DNA of 64,000 nt from Bugula neritina (lineage: Eukaryota; Animalia; Bryozoa): the NCBI GenBank assembly GCA_964035545.1, contig CAXIUT010000064.1, forward strand, positions 1 to 64,000, read 5' to 3'. Position numbers and translations under genes: made by a program. Each line of letters starts with the position of its first letter. Within the stretch, counting starts at the first letter, position 1. This document shows, one piece after another, positions 25,376-38,086 of the stretch. The notes below the pieces were generated by a model. That model was not told the origin of the DNA. It saw nothing but the letters and a program-made list of their open reading frames with translations, and ran no database searches.

Positions 25376-26010
25376 TTTTTTTTTTTTTTTTTTTTTTTTT
25401 TACCCATTTTTCTTCTACTTTCGTTAGGTATAACTAAGGTATATTTTAATTTATATAAATTTTTATAATTATATAAGTATAATGAAAATAATATTGGTAA
25501 TCCTATTGTAGCGACTAATAAAATTTTTTTTTTAGCTACATTATGTTTTTTTTTTTTTTTTTTTGTTTTTACTCCAGTTATAATATTTTTTGATAATAAT
25601 TGTGGATCAAATTTTACCTTTTTTCTATTTTGTCTCGCTAATCTAGCTATAAATTTAAATCCTTGACCCCATTCTTGCATTCATAATAAATATCATAATC
25701 TATTATTATACTCCGCTAAAATTAGTGTAGGAAATATATCTCTTTTTCTTCGACCAAAAAGTTTATAAAACTGATTTACTCTAAACAAGAATACAATTCT
25801 ATGTTTTTTATTACCTTTATTATTACTATGACTACGTTGTCCATTAGAAGAATATCCCCTAACTTGTCTTCATATTTTCATATAAAACAACATATCTTTT
25901 ATTAACAGCTTACTTAATATAACATCTTTAAAATTAAATAATTTTTTTTTTTTTTTTCTTATAATAAAACTACTACTTATTTCTTTATTAATATTTACTT
26001 TTTTTAACAA
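25351..26010 (-). CDS. rps13: Ribosomal protein S13
   Basis: WRQVRGYSSNGQRSHSNNK matches the uS13 RGLPVRGQRT.TN motif; TTG start abuts the rps19 stop. Confidence 0.9.
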
Positions 26011-26295
26011 TTATTTTTTTTTTTTTTTAGGTCTAAAATTAAAGGGCTTTTTAAATTTTAAAAAGTTTATACCTCTAGAATTAATAGAATATTTATAAAA
26101 ATTTTTCCTAATATAACAGTTTCCTAAATGAAAAAAATATGTATGCATATAATTTATCGAATTAAATCTAATATTATTTTTTATTAAACCTAAATTTTGT
26201 AAACCTTTTTTTTTATTAACTAATTTTAACTCTATAAAATATTTATAAAACTCGTATCTATTTGTTTTAAAAAATTTTCACGCTGATTTTGCCAA
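26011..26295 (-). CDS. rps19: Ribosomal protein S19
   Basis: MAKSAWKF...FHLGN...FKKPFNFRPKKK*; follows rpl2. Confidence 0.8.
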
Positions 26296-26296
26296 T

Positions 26297-27052
26297 TTAT
26301 TTTTTATGTTTTGCAACTCAATTTCAAGGGCTCAATTCAGGTTGAGATGTTTTAGTTCTCCCTCCATTGGGGTGATCAACTGGGTTCATTGCTACTCCCC
26401 TAACATTTATATTTTTTTTTCTATGTAAACTAAAACCAAATTTGCCTTCTACTAATTCATTTACTTTAAAATTTTTATTTTTTCCAATATATACATTTAA
26501 AAACTTGGGTAAGTACTTATGTTTACCCGATGGTAGAATCGTTAAAACTAATTTTTTTTTTGATTTTTTTGATTTTTTTTTTTTACAATAAGTTCCACTT
26601 GATCTAGAATATGTAATTTTATTATTGACAATAACGTTTGAAAATAATATAAAACTAGGTAATTTATTTAAATTTATTATAATGCTTTTAAAATAAAATT
26701 TATTTTTTAAATATTTAAATAAAGATATATTGAATAAAATTTTTCCTACATTTAAAAATTCAATTCCTGGAATATACGATTTAAAATTAAATATATTTTC
26801 ACATTTAAAAAATTGCTTATAAGGTTTTTTTAAATAAGATACATTTTTTACAATTGTATTTATATAAAAAGCTGATAAACTAAAGTATTTTATATTTTTC
26901 AATTTATAAATTTTTTTTTTTTTATGCATCAAATTATTATTTATTAATTTTTTTTTATTGTATATGTATATATAACTATTATCAAAAATATTTACATCTT
27001 TTTTATGTCTAAAGGATGGTATTTTTTTTTTTAAATTTTTTAAATATAACAT
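26297..27052 (-). CDS. rpl2: Ribosomal protein L2
   Basis: VRGVAMNPVDHPNGGRTK...SPW; TAA at 26297. Confidence 0.97.
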
Positions 27053-27335
27053 TTATTTTAGATTTATAGTAATTAGAATTACTTTTAATATAATTAATTA
27101 ATTCTGGTTTTTTAAATAGTTTATAATCTATTATACTTTTTTTACCAGTATATCATAAAAAATTACTCATTAAATATGGTCGAAGTTTTACATAAGCTCC
27201 AAAATATATTAATTTTCTTTTTGATTTTTGTTTTTTTGATATTTTTGATAAATATTTTCATAATTTTTTAAACTTTAAACGTCTATAATTTATATTTTTT
27301 AAGCTATAGCAATTGAATTCAATTTCTCTTATCAC
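27009..27335 (-). CDS. Basic ORF at the ymf74 position (putative uS8-like)
   Basis: GTG start overlapping the nad10 end; open ~108 codons to a TAG; lies between nad10 and rpl2 like Tetrahymena ymf74. Confidence 0.5.
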
Positions 27336-27784
27336 TTAATATTTTTTAAAATTAATTGTTGTAACTTTAAAGTACCAAAAAATAATGACTCTGCTGTTGG
27401 TGGACATCCTGGTATATATAAATCTATAGGTATAATCTTATTACAACCCTTTACAACATTATTAGAATAATGATAATAACCTCCTCCATTTGCACAACTT
27501 CCCATAGAAATTACTCATTTAGGATTTGACATTTGTTCGTATATTCTTTTTAATGCTGGTGACATTTTAATTGTTAATGTTCCAGCAACTATAATTAGAT
27601 CGGCTTGTCTAGGTGATGCTCTGAATATAATACCAAATCTGTCGTAATCATATCTACTTACTGTTGCATGCATCATCTCAACTGCACAACAAGCTAATCC
27701 AAATGTTAGTGGGTAAAAAGATCCATGTCTTGCTCAATTTATTATAGTTATTAATTTTAATTTTAATAAATTTATTAAATTCAC
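27329..27784 (-). CDS. nad10: NADH dehydrogenase subunit 10 (PSST)
   Basis: [33 protein letters not shown] and YIPGCPP motifs. Confidence 0.98.
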
Positions 27785-27805
27785 TTAGTATAAGTATAGT
27801 ATAGA

Positions 27806-28213
27806 TTACATATTTCTAAATTTTCTTCTTATATGTAATTTTAAAAGAGGGTCCTGTTTTAGACCATAAATAGATCTTCTTCGTATCTTTCCGTGAAGAG
27901 GAGAAAAATCGTATACACCTCTTATACATGTATAATTTACAACAGGTAAATCTCTTGCAGCATTGCCATTTAATAATACTTTTGAAAATTTTCTTAAATT
28001 ATGACCAAAACCAGGTATATGCCCTAATGCTCTTTTTTTTGTTGATAATCTAATTTTTGCAACAGGTCTTCTAGCTGAATTTGGTTTTCTAGGTGTACAT
28101 ATTCTTAATCTCAATATAACACCTTTTTTTTGAGGTGCTCCTTTAAACTTAGGTTTTTTGTTTCTTTTCGGTCTTTTATAAAAAGTTTTTATTTTTCACA
28201 TTGGAGAAGACAT
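27806..28213 (-). CDS. rps12: Ribosomal protein S12
   Basis: GAPQKKGV...TPRKPNSARR...HIPGFGHNL. Confidence 0.97.
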
Positions 28214-28278
28214 TTATTTAACTATATCGAGTTTATAGTTACATAATTAACTATATAATTTAAAATTATCAGTATATG

Positions 28279-28755
28279 TTATAAATATATAGATAGTATA
28301 AAGTAGATATCTATAAAATAAAAAATACTTAATATAAAAAAATTTAATATAAAAAATATCACTAATAATAATTTAAAATTTATATTTTTTTTTTTTAATT
28401 TTATGTAATTAGTGTTAATATTAGTATTTTTTATAAAAAATATCTGTATATAAAAAATCATATTAAAAAAAACTATAAAAACTATTAAGTATAGGTATAT
28501 AAAACTTATTTTCGATAAAATATGTATTAAATAATTAAACTTAACAAAAAATAGTATAAATGGTGGTATACCGGTTAATGCTAAGATTAGCGGAAAGATT
28601 ATTAGTTTAAACTGAGATAATTTTGTAATATATTGTAAAATATATGGTAATGATAACGAGTTAATTTTATTAGAAAAAATAAATTTTGTTAGATATTGTA
28701 TACAGAATAAATTTACAATATATAATATCAAGTAAAGATTTAAATATAATGTCAT
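28279..28755 (-). CDS. nad2: NADH dehydrogenase subunit 2, C-terminal part (nad2_b)
   Basis: LALTGIPPFILFFVKF motif; upstream of rps12 as in Tetrahymena. Confidence 0.88.
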   Translation of the reverse strand: MTLYLNLYLILYIVNLFCIQYLTKFIFSNKINSLSLPYILQYITKLSQFKLIIFPLILALTGIPPFILFFVKFNYLIHILSKISFIYLYLIVFIVFFNMIFYIQIFFIKNTNINTNYIKLKKKNINFKLLLVIFFILNFFILSIFYFIDIYFILSIYL

Positions 28756-29425
28756 ATTTTATATAAAATAATTGTAAGGTACACCCTACTGAGCCAGTTT
28801 TTGTCCATATATCTCATTTATTTCTATTTAAACTTAACATTTTATTGCTTAAAGAATATCTTCCTTTACGGTAAAAAATAACTTTTTTTCTAGAATTACC
28901 CCCTCTTCCTAATTTTCCATTAAACCTTAAAGTAACTCCTTTTATTTGCAATAAATATCTATTTGGCATAATATACTTATTTATAATTCTAATAAAAAAT
29001 AAAAAATATCTTCTATGTCTTTTAAAATGAATATTATCTAATTTTCTTTTAATATATAAACATATGTTTTTTGTATTTTTTAATCAAATATTTATTAGAA
29101 ACATATATATAACTTCGTTAAAATATTTAATTCCAAAATTTTTAAAATGTTTATTTCTAGTAGTAAAAAGTATTTTTTTTATTAATTTTTTGGGTAATAT
29201 TACTATACTATTTATACTTTTTTCTTTTGTATTTAAATTATAAATTTTTTTTAAATAATACATATTAAATTCTTGATAATTATTATTATTTAGTTTATTT
29301 TTTTTATTTTGTTTAAAAAAAAAAAAAAAATAATTTAAATTTACTTTATTTTTCACTTTATTATAACTTATATAGTTAGTATTATTATATAAATTAAATA
29401 TAAATAATTTATAAATATAAAACAA
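28670..29425 (-). CDS. ymf64: Ribosomal protein S3, C-terminal part (ymf64/rps3_b)
   Basis: KGVTLRFNGKLGRGGNSRKK...EIWTKTGSVGCTLQLFY is a uS3 C-domain; the first in-frame stop overlaps nad2. Confidence 0.85.
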
Positions 29426-29444
29426 ATTAAATCTATTTAAAATA

Positions 29445-29516
29445 TGTCAACAAAAAGAATTGAACTTTCGACCCTCAGATTTTCAGTCTGATGCTCTACC
29501 ACTGAGCTATGTTAAC
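29445..29516 (-). tRNA. trnF: tRNA-Phe(GAA)
   Basis: GCTCAGTGGTAGAGC D-arm, TCAGA-CTGAAAA-TCTGA anticodon arm. Confidence 0.96.
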
Positions 29517-29689
29517 TTAAACAATAAATTTAGTATAATAATTTGATTAAAAAAAAAAATATTTATAAAAATAAAAGTTTTTCAATTTAATAAAATTAAC
29601 TGATCTATTCTATATCTAGGCAATGTTCCTCTGATTAATATACTTAGTATTACCAATAATATACTTTTTATAAACAAGAAATACGATAT
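29507..29689 (-). CDS. nad1_b: NADH dehydrogenase subunit 1, C-terminal part (nad1_b); ends approximate
   Basis: IRGTLPRYRIDQLILLNWK motif; lies between atp9 and trnF. Confidence 0.9.
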
Positions 29690-29693
29690 GGTT

Positions 29694-29927
29694 TTACAAG
29701 AAGTAAATAGTTCCTCCTAATAGCACTGCTAAAAAGACGAACGTTTCAATCAATGCAAATGCCATAAGTGAGGTGTTGAACAGACTTTCACTGTCCTCGG
29801 GGTTTCTTGATGCAGCTATACTATAGCCTGCAAACAGTATTCCTGTACCCATAGCTGCTCCAGATAGAGTAATTGAGATGAAACCTAGTGCAATGAATTT
29901 GGAAGCGTTTAGTGCTATCAAGTTCAT
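29694..29927 (-). CDS. atp9: ATP synthase subunit c
   Basis: GAAMGTGILF...SRNP...FALIE. Confidence 0.98.
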   Translation of the reverse strand: MNLIALNASKFIALGFISITLSGAAMGTGILFAGYSIAASRNPEDSESLFNTSLMAFALIETFVFLAVLLGGTIYFL

Positions 29928-29937
29928 CGCACTTAAT

Positions 29938-30489
29938 TTACTCCTGTAACTGCACTAATTTTTGTTTATAAAGTTTATATTTTACTTTTATAACCAAGTT
30001 ATTTTTATCATTAACTATATAGTTATAAAGGGGTAAAAATAAATATTTTGTCATGTTTTTTTTTTTTCTTTTAACATTAAGTAAGATAATATTTTTTAAA
30101 ATATTTATACACAGTATAGTACGACTTTTTTCATTTAAAAATAATAGTTTACTTAAAACTTTTTTTTTTTTTCTAAAAACTTTATTTTTATTAATAAACA
30201 TACAGTCTAATTGTCTAAACTTTCAATATAAAACTCTATCTAAATCTCTAAACGAATAATACTTATTATAAAAAAATAAAAAAGTACTAGATAAAGGTAT
30301 ACTATTAAATTTTTCGCGTAATAAATAATTATTATAAAAATATTTTATAATTTTATAAGTTTTTAAAAAATTACCTCTTTTTTTAATTCTATTAACTAAA
30401 CTATATGTCGGTGTATTTTTTAAGTATAGAAAATTATATTTTTTTTTATAACATATTTTGTGAGTGAAGTTTTTCCTTAAATTTTCCAT
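29938..30489 (-). CDS. ymf63: Ribosomal protein S7-like (ymf63)
   Basis: LVNRIKKRGNFLKTYKI motif; two track ORFs joined at TGA; synteny ymf65-ymf63-atp9. Confidence 0.75.
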
Positions 30490-30567
30490 ACTTACATTAC
30501 AGAAGTAGTAATTTACACTATTATAAGATTTTATTAATATTTATAATTATAGTATAGACGTATATAA

Positions 30568-31500
30568 TTAAACAATAAAATTTAATAGCATTAAAGTATT
30601 AGTCGCAAAACCACTATAAGCAATAAATTCTTGAAAATTATAAACTTTTAATTTTTGTATAAAAAAAAAAAAAATAAAAATAGATAAAAGATTAAATAAC
30701 TTATAATAGCTTAAAGTAAAATAAATAAAGTTATGGTTAAAAAAAAAAATAAAAAATATATAATTTATAAAAATAGTTATAATAGAATATGTAATCACAA
30801 TATCTATAGATATATATTTATACAACTCTAATTTTAAATAATGAAATCCTGGAAGGCTTAATTTTAAAATAAAGCTAATTATAAGGAAGTATATTTGTCA
30901 ATAAGATTTATTTGATATAATATAATTTAACTCTACTAAATTTACAGTACCAAATAATTGTATAATAAATAAAATTCCTACTAAAAAAATAATAGTTACA
31001 AAAAAATTATTAAGTAAATATAATAATAATAAATTTTTTTGTTTTAGTAAACTATTTGTATTAGTTATTTGAATACTATTTAAAAAGAAAAAATAAAAGA
31101 TAATACTATAAACTTCTATAATTAAGAAAAATGTAATTAAATTATTAACAAAAAATAAAAAAAATAGAAAAAAAATAATATTATAATTAATAAATAAAAT
31201 ATTTGATTTTATATAAAAATTTAAAAAAATACTTAATACTATATATACTAACATAAATGATACGATAATATTAGAATTTACTTCTAACTTTAAAGTTATT
31301 AGGTATAAAAATAATAGCTTATTAAATAATATAAATATATTATTTTTAAATAAATAGTAATTTAGTTTTTTTATAATATTTAAAGTAAAAAACTTTAAAT
31401 TTTTAAAAATAGAAATTACCAGTAAACTATAAAACATTTCTGCATATATATACATATACAAAAAAATGAAATTTCAAAAAAAAAAATTTAGATTTATCAC
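30568..31500 (-). CDS. ymf65: NADH dehydrogenase subunit 2, N-terminal part (ymf65/nad2_a)
   Basis: Hydrophobic; FFLIIE, LKLSLPGFHYLK and FIAYS motifs; GTG start. Confidence 0.85.
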
Positions 31501-31658
31501 ATTATATTAATTTTTTTGTTAAATATTTTTTTAAATTACGTTTTTTTTTTTTTATATTTTTAGAATAATTGATTACTAAAATATGTGATCTTAATAAATT
31601 TAAATAATTTATTTTTAAATTCTTATAATAATTTAATAATATTATTAAAGTCTATAAA

Positions 31659-32021
31659 CTATACTTGTCATTCTAATGAATTAAATATTAAATCATAAAC
31701 AAGAGTTAATATCAATAAAGCAATAAATAAAACTAATAAAAAAATAGAAATAAAATTTATAGATGATATATTTAGGGATAAGGGTATTAAAATTAAAAAT
31801 TCTCCGTCGTAAATAACCAAAAATAGGAGTATTAGTATAAAATTTATGTTATATTGTATTTTTATATTATTTAGTGACTTAAAACCACATTCATAAAAAT
31901 TTAATTTATAATTAAAATTTTTATTACTATAAAAAAATTTTAATATATAAGTAATTATTCAAAATATAAGCGAGAGAAAAAAGGCATTTAAAATAACATA
32001 ACTTATAGTAATACTTATCAC
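31659..32021 (-). CDS. nad3: NADH dehydrogenase subunit 3
   Basis: FYECGF...LVIYDGEFLILIPY...ALEW; TAG stop. Confidence 0.93.
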
Positions 32022-32033
32022 TTAATTAAACTT

Positions 32034-32357
32034 TTATCATTTAATAAAAATTTTAGTTTTAAATCTAATTGAATTTATACGATATAATAAGTTAAGCTTA
32101 AAAAAGGAAATAATAAAAAAATACATTAATAATTTATTTTTAAAAAACCGTATTAAATTTATAGTATAATTTATAGATATATTATAATTATAATTATTAT
32201 TAAAAGACAATACTTTTCGTTTTCCTATATTAAAGTGTTTTGGTGATCTTAAAAAAATTAAAGTTTGTTTATTTTTTTTTTTTAAAAATTTTTTTGAAAA
32301 AAAAATTCCTCTAATATAAAAGTTAAAAATTATAGCTTTATAGTTTAATTTATACAA
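32034..32357 (-). CDS. ymf59: Ribosomal protein S10-like (ymf59)
   Basis: LRSPKHFNIGK matches the uS10 RSPH..K motif; follows rpl16. Confidence 0.8.
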
Positions 32358-32796
32358 TTTTTACTAATTTTTTTTTTTTATAAGTATTCAAGTAAAAATT
32401 AACATTTAATTTCATTTTAATATATTTTATAATATTTCTTATTAACTGAAAATAATAATTTTTTAATAGAACTATAGGCTTATTACATTTTACTATAGAT
32501 GCAACTCTTACATAAGAGCCAACACCTGATCCCATTCTAGAATTTTTTGATTTCATAGTTAATAAAAAATTAGGTCTAACCATTAATCAATATTTTTTAG
32601 TTAAATATGTAATATCTTTTTTAAAATACTTTTTTCTAAATAATTTTTTTAGTACTCTAAAATATACTAATTCAAATCTTATTTGATTAATCGTATATAC
32701 TCCATAATTAAATTTTCATTTTTTATATATTTTAGTTTTATAGAATTTACGTCTTTTAAATATATGATTTTTTTTTATTAAGTAGTTTAAATTCAA
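32350..32796 (-). CDS. rpl16: Ribosomal protein L16
   Basis: WLMVRPNF..T.KSKNSRMGSGVG motif; TTG start. Confidence 0.9.
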
Positions 32797-32914
32797 CTTT
32801 TACAACTTTAAACTGATTTTTGCATTTATACCGATATCAATTTTATTACTCATTTTATGCATATTAATACATAAATACATATGTATATACGTATATAAAT
32901 TGTATACATAAATA

Positions 32915-33428
32915 TAAACTTATTAAATTTTTACTAAAAAAAATACTTTATTAAAATTAAATATTATAAATTAAATAAAATTTTTATTAAAATAATTTTT
33001 TTATATTATTAAGTATAGATATATTATTAATACAATTATATTTTAAAAAATTTGAAATTTACAAATAACATAAGAATAATAACTATAAATACTGTTATAT
33101 ATATATATATGGGTGTGGGTTTATTGAATTTCAATTTAATCCTATAAATAAAGAAAAAATATAATAATAATAATAATAAATAAAAATTTTATGAATGCAT
33201 ATAAATAGATATTATTAATAAAATTAAACATAATAGTGAATAATATACATATAAATATATGTTAATATTACTAAATTTAATATAAAATTTTTGTTTATAT
33301 TATAACTTAAAATAAATAACATAATTAACAATATTAAAAATAATTTAACTACATTTATATCTAAAAGCTATAATTTAAGAAAATTATATTTATATATATA
33401 TACGTGTAACTATATTTTATTAGTAATA
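32915..33428 (-). pseudogene. Degenerate duplicate of the yejR 3' half
   Basis: Colinear with ~33826-34382, with a deletion of roughly 60 nt and many substitutions. Confidence 0.75.
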
Positions 33429-33813
33429 TTAGCGGTAGTAGAAAAAACAGTAGTAAGTATTTCGTCAAATATATAAACACAAAAAACTATATTTCTAATT
33501 ATTAAAATATTTTATTTATATATTCAGTATCTTTTTTTTTAATATTTTTTTTTAATAACCTTTTTAATGATCTAAAATATCCCAATTCAAATATCATTTG
33601 ATTAACTATACATATAAATGTATATATTAATAATAATTAAATTTTTATTTTGTATAAATTTTAGTTTTATAAAATTTACGATTTCTAGATATATAATTCT
33701 ATTTTACTAAATAATTTAAATTTAACTTTTATAAATTTAAATTTATTTTTACACTCATAATCATATCAACTTCATTACTCATCTCACCATTATTAGTATA
33801 TATACATGTGTAT

Positions 33814-34926
33814 TTAAACATACATATTTATTAAATTTTTACTAAAGAATATTTTATTAAAATTAAGCATTATAAAATGATTAAATTTTTTATTAAAATA
33901 ATTTTTTACATTATTAAGTATAAATATATTATTAGCATAATTATATTTTAAGAAATTATAATTAAATTTTAAAAAGTTATAATTATAACTTAAAAAATAA
34001 TAATTAAATTTTATAAAAAATTGAAGTTTACAGATAATATAAAAAATAATAACTACAAATATTATTATATGTGTAAAGAGAAAATTTATTAAATTTCAAT
34101 TCAACATTATAAACAAAAAAAAAAATATAATAATAAATAAAGATTTTATAAATACATATAAATAAACATTATTAATAAAATTAAATATAATAGCGAATAC
34201 ATATATATACAAATATATATTAATATTACTGAATTTAATATTAAAATTTTTGTTTATACTATAACTTAAAATAAATAACATAGTTAATAATATTAAAAAT
34301 AATTTAACTACATTTATATCTAAAAGTTGTGAATTGAAAAAGTTATGTTTCGTATAAATATAACTATATCTTATTAATAGTAGTAAGTAGATTAGTAGAC
34401 TAATATTTCATAATTTATATAAATATAAATAATTATTTTTATGAATATTACATATATATACGTATGATAAAAATATAATAACATATTCTATAGAATCATT
34501 AGATCAATACACACCTCAATTAAAAACATATAAAGCTCATAAACTACCTAGTATAAATGAAATAACTGTAATACTTAAAAGAAAATTAAAACTTAATTTA
34601 TTTATACTATTATAATACTTAAGTATTAAGGTATTTATATAAAAAATTATAGATAAGTAAAATAAATAAGGATGTAATTTGAAAAAACCACAAAAAAATG
34701 AATTAATAAAAAAAAAAAAAACTAATTTATATTTAAATAAAAAAATAAAAATAAATAAATTATTATAAAAGTAGTATATAATATAAAAAAAAAAAATTAC
34801 GATACTATAATTAATGAAAATATCATTTAAACTTATTAAAAATTGTAAAAAAAATGTTAATTTTTTAAATAGTAATATATAATTAAATTTTATAAAATTA
34901 ATAATATTAAAAATCAAATTATACAA
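33814..34926 (-). CDS. yejR: Cytochrome c maturation CcmF-like heme lyase
   Basis: KLHP, ILGSLWALYVFNWGVYWSNDSIE (WWD-like) and IRYSYIYTKHNF; open to TAA 33814. Confidence 0.9.
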
Positions 34927-35398
34927 TTTTATTGGTTTTAAACAAATTTCTAAGTACTCTTCTTTTTATATTTTTTTTTTTTTTTTTAATATAATTTCAG
35001 CTATTAGTACTTATAAAATAATGAAACTCAGGTTTTAATAGATAGAAAAATTTTTTTATTAATAAGTAATTTTTAAAATTAAAATTTTTACAATAAAATA
35101 TGAAAACAGAATTTATTTTTTTTTTTAACTTTTTGTTTAGTATGTTTATTATAGAACTAAAATTTTTTATAGATTTTTTAAAATATTTTAATTTTTTAAT
35201 TTTTTTTCCTAATAACTGTCCTGAACTTAAAATATAAAATCTATTTTTATAAAAAAATTTAAAATATAATAGTTTTTTATGCATAAAAACAGATAAATAA
35301 AACAGTTTATATTTACTATAATTTATTGATGAAAAATTTGTATTATAATAAATATTTATTATTTTTTTAAAATTTATTTGCTCTTTTTTTATATTCAT
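34919..35398 (-). CDS. ymf61: Ymf61 (uS11-like ribosomal protein)
   Basis: Basic ORF with LSSGQL motif directly upstream of yejR, as in Tetrahymena. Confidence 0.65.
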
Positions 35399-35641
35399 TT
35401 ATAAATTTAATAGTAAAAAACTTAAAGCTACTTCTAAACCTCCCAATATTATAACTATAAAACTAAAACCAAAAATTCAATTTAAATTAAAAATTAGAGA
35501 TGTGAAAATATAAGAATAAAATAACAATATTAAAATAAATTCAGAATTTAAAATTAAAGTTAAAAAGTTTTTTAAAAATAAGTTAAAAGTTATTAGTAAA
35601 ATAAATATTATTGTGAAATAGAGCTTTAATCAAAATGTCAT
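35399..35641 (-). CDS. nad4L: NADH dehydrogenase subunit 4L (ymf58)
   Basis: 80 aa; LILNSE and LGGLEVALS motifs. Confidence 0.88.
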
Positions 35642-35648
35642 AGTTACT

Positions 35649-35786
35649 TTAATTACTTAATAAAAAAAAATTTTTTTTCTTTAAATAATTAACTCAATAG
35701 CTATTATATCAAATTTTCTTTTTACTTATTTTTTTCTTTTTATTCAGTATTTTACTTTTAAACTTAAACCTTTTTGGAACTGCCAC
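35649..35786 (-). CDS. Putative ribosomal protein L32-like peptide (45 aa)
   Basis: GTG start abutting the nad9 stop; MAVPKRFKFKSK..., and the MAVPK start is characteristic of bL32. Confidence 0.55.
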
Positions 35787-36258
35787 TTATACTTTTATAT
35801 CGTTAATAATAGTATTATATTGATTATATACTAATTGATTATTATAATTATAATTTAATAATAGTTTTCTACTATCATTTAAATTTATAAAATTTATTTT
35901 ATTAAATTCTTTTAATTCCCTTTCTAATCAAGAATTTCCTTGATAAATACTTGATAAAGAATTTAAATATTTAAATATATCTATATCTACTAATATTTTA
36001 AAATCTAAAAAGAAACTTTGTAACGCTAAATAATATTTTTTTATGTTACAGTTATTTATAATAACTGCATCTATACTAGAAATTAATAAATTATTAATAT
36101 TTTTTTTATTTAATAAAAAAAAAAAAAAAAAAAACTTTATTAGTTAAAGTTATTTTATAAATATTAGTAATTTTAGAATATTTAAAATTAATATTATTAT
36201 TAATAATGTAACAATCTAATCATCAGAGTTTATTATTTAAAAATTTTTTTTTATTCAA
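35787..36258 (-). CDS. nad9: NADH dehydrogenase subunit 9 (apparent frameshift at a 20-nt homopolymer)
   Basis: SIYQGNSWLERELKEF...DSRKLLLNY; the N-terminal part is in another frame across A20 at 36115-36134. Confidence 0.85.
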
Positions 36259-37826
36259 TTAACAAAATAAAAAACTAAAGTTAACAATAATATTAAAAAA
36301 CTTAAAAAATCTAATATATATTTTTCTTTTTTCTGTATATCTGTAAAATCAAAATTATCATCTAATTTTTCAGGTACACCATATAATATAGTAAATAAGA
36401 ATTTACAAAAAAATATAACACTTAAAAAATTAATAAAAAATATAATAACAATACACAAAAAGGAGTGTAATTCTAAAGCTAATGTAATAAGATTTCATTC
36501 TATAAAAAATTTTATAGTAATAGGGAAACCTGAAAATAATAATAATAAAAATCAAATATATTTTTGTAAATCTGGAAAAAATATACTTACCCCTCTTACC
36601 ATATTAACTGCTCTAGTATTAAATCTACGCTGTAATATATCGATAATATAAAACATTAGGGAAGACATTATTCCGTGTAATATCACAAAAAGTATACATA
36701 CATTTGTTAGAAATAGTTGTTTAAATACTAAAAATAAAAGCATAAAACTCATTTCCTGTATAGTTGCTCAAGCTATTAATTTTTTTATATCAGTTTGCAT
36801 TGCTAACCCCAGTGTACTAATTACTAAACTAAAAATAATTCAAATTATTACATAAATAAATAAATCATTATATTTAAATAAGCCTAAAATTATATATAAA
36901 CAATAAAATGCAGATTTTACTAAAAAACCGCTTAAAAACATAGAAAATGCAGTTGGAGCTTCAACATGAACTTTTAAAAGTCAGTAATGAAATGGTGCTA
37001 GTGGTATTTTAGTGCCAAAACCAACTATAATATTAATAAATAATATTATATTTTCATATTTAGAAAACTTCACTTCATTTAAATATATATAATTTAAAGT
37101 GTTATATTTAAAGTATATATATCCTAAACTAGATAAAACTAATAATGAACCGAATAAAGTTCAGTAAAATAAAATTGATACAGATTTATCATTTTTTTTT
37201 GAGTATCCTAATGTATATGCATAATAAACAGTTGGTAAAAAAATAAAATCAAAACTAATAAACATTATTAGTAAATTATTGGTGCTTACCATTACTGTAA
37301 CAAAAGTTATAAAAAAAAAAAATATACTTATATTACTAATACGTTCAAAAAGATTTTTAGTACTTATAACATCTAAACAAATTAAACCAGTAAATAACAT
37401 TAGCATTAAAATTGCGTCACTAAATGAAGTAGAAAAAATTGCAAAATGCTCCATGTATCCTAGATTACTATTAGACAAATAAAATGAAATTCTAACGTAA
37501 TGAAAGTAATGACCTAATGCTTGTTCAACTTTTAATGCTAAATAAAATTTTATTATTATTAAAAAGGTTATAATAAATATAAAAATCATGTTAAAATATC
37601 ATAAAACTTTTAAAATTTGTTTGTTATTATTAAAAAAAATATTAATAATATAATTCAGAACGCCTAAAGTTAAAAATGTGATTAATAGTACATTATATGT
37701 AGCTATTGAATATTTTATATAAACAGTATATTCTGGAACCTTTTCGTAAGATAAGTTTTTTCCAAATATGTTAACAAAAGATTTAATAAAAATAAAAAAG
37801 TCATCATATATTTTTTTTAAATTCAC
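36237..37826 (-). CDS. nad4: NADH dehydrogenase subunit 4
   Basis: KIPLAPFHYWLLKVHVEAPT, DIKKLIAW and HG motifs; four track ORFs in one frame. Confidence 0.96.
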
Positions 37827-37834
37827 TTAACAAT

Positions 37835-38086
37835 TTATTTACTTAGTAACCTTATAGAATTGGGGAAAAAAAAACAAAAACAAAAAATTAAATAAAATCA
37901 TCAATTATAGGTTAATAGTAATACAATATTATAAAATACACTATAAACTAAATATATTACAATTATATTAATATAAATTGAAAAATAAAAAGTTACTCTA
38001 ACATTTTGTCTATTTCTTGAATATCTACTTTTATTAAAAATTCTAACTTTTCGTACAAAATTCATTAAAATATTTATTACATCCAT
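37835..38086 (-). CDS. ymf70: Ymf70
   Basis: FNKSRYSRNRQ motif; directly upstream of nad4 as in Tetrahymena. Confidence 0.7.

Noticed and set aside
28775-28815. Possible trnH next to nad2 (Tetrahymena position)
   Set aside because: The GC-richer patch is the ymf64 coding motif IWTKTGSVG; no cloverleaf is seen.
33430-33810. Possible ORF between yejR and its duplicate
   Set aside because: Stops in all minus-strand frames examined; no recognisable motif.
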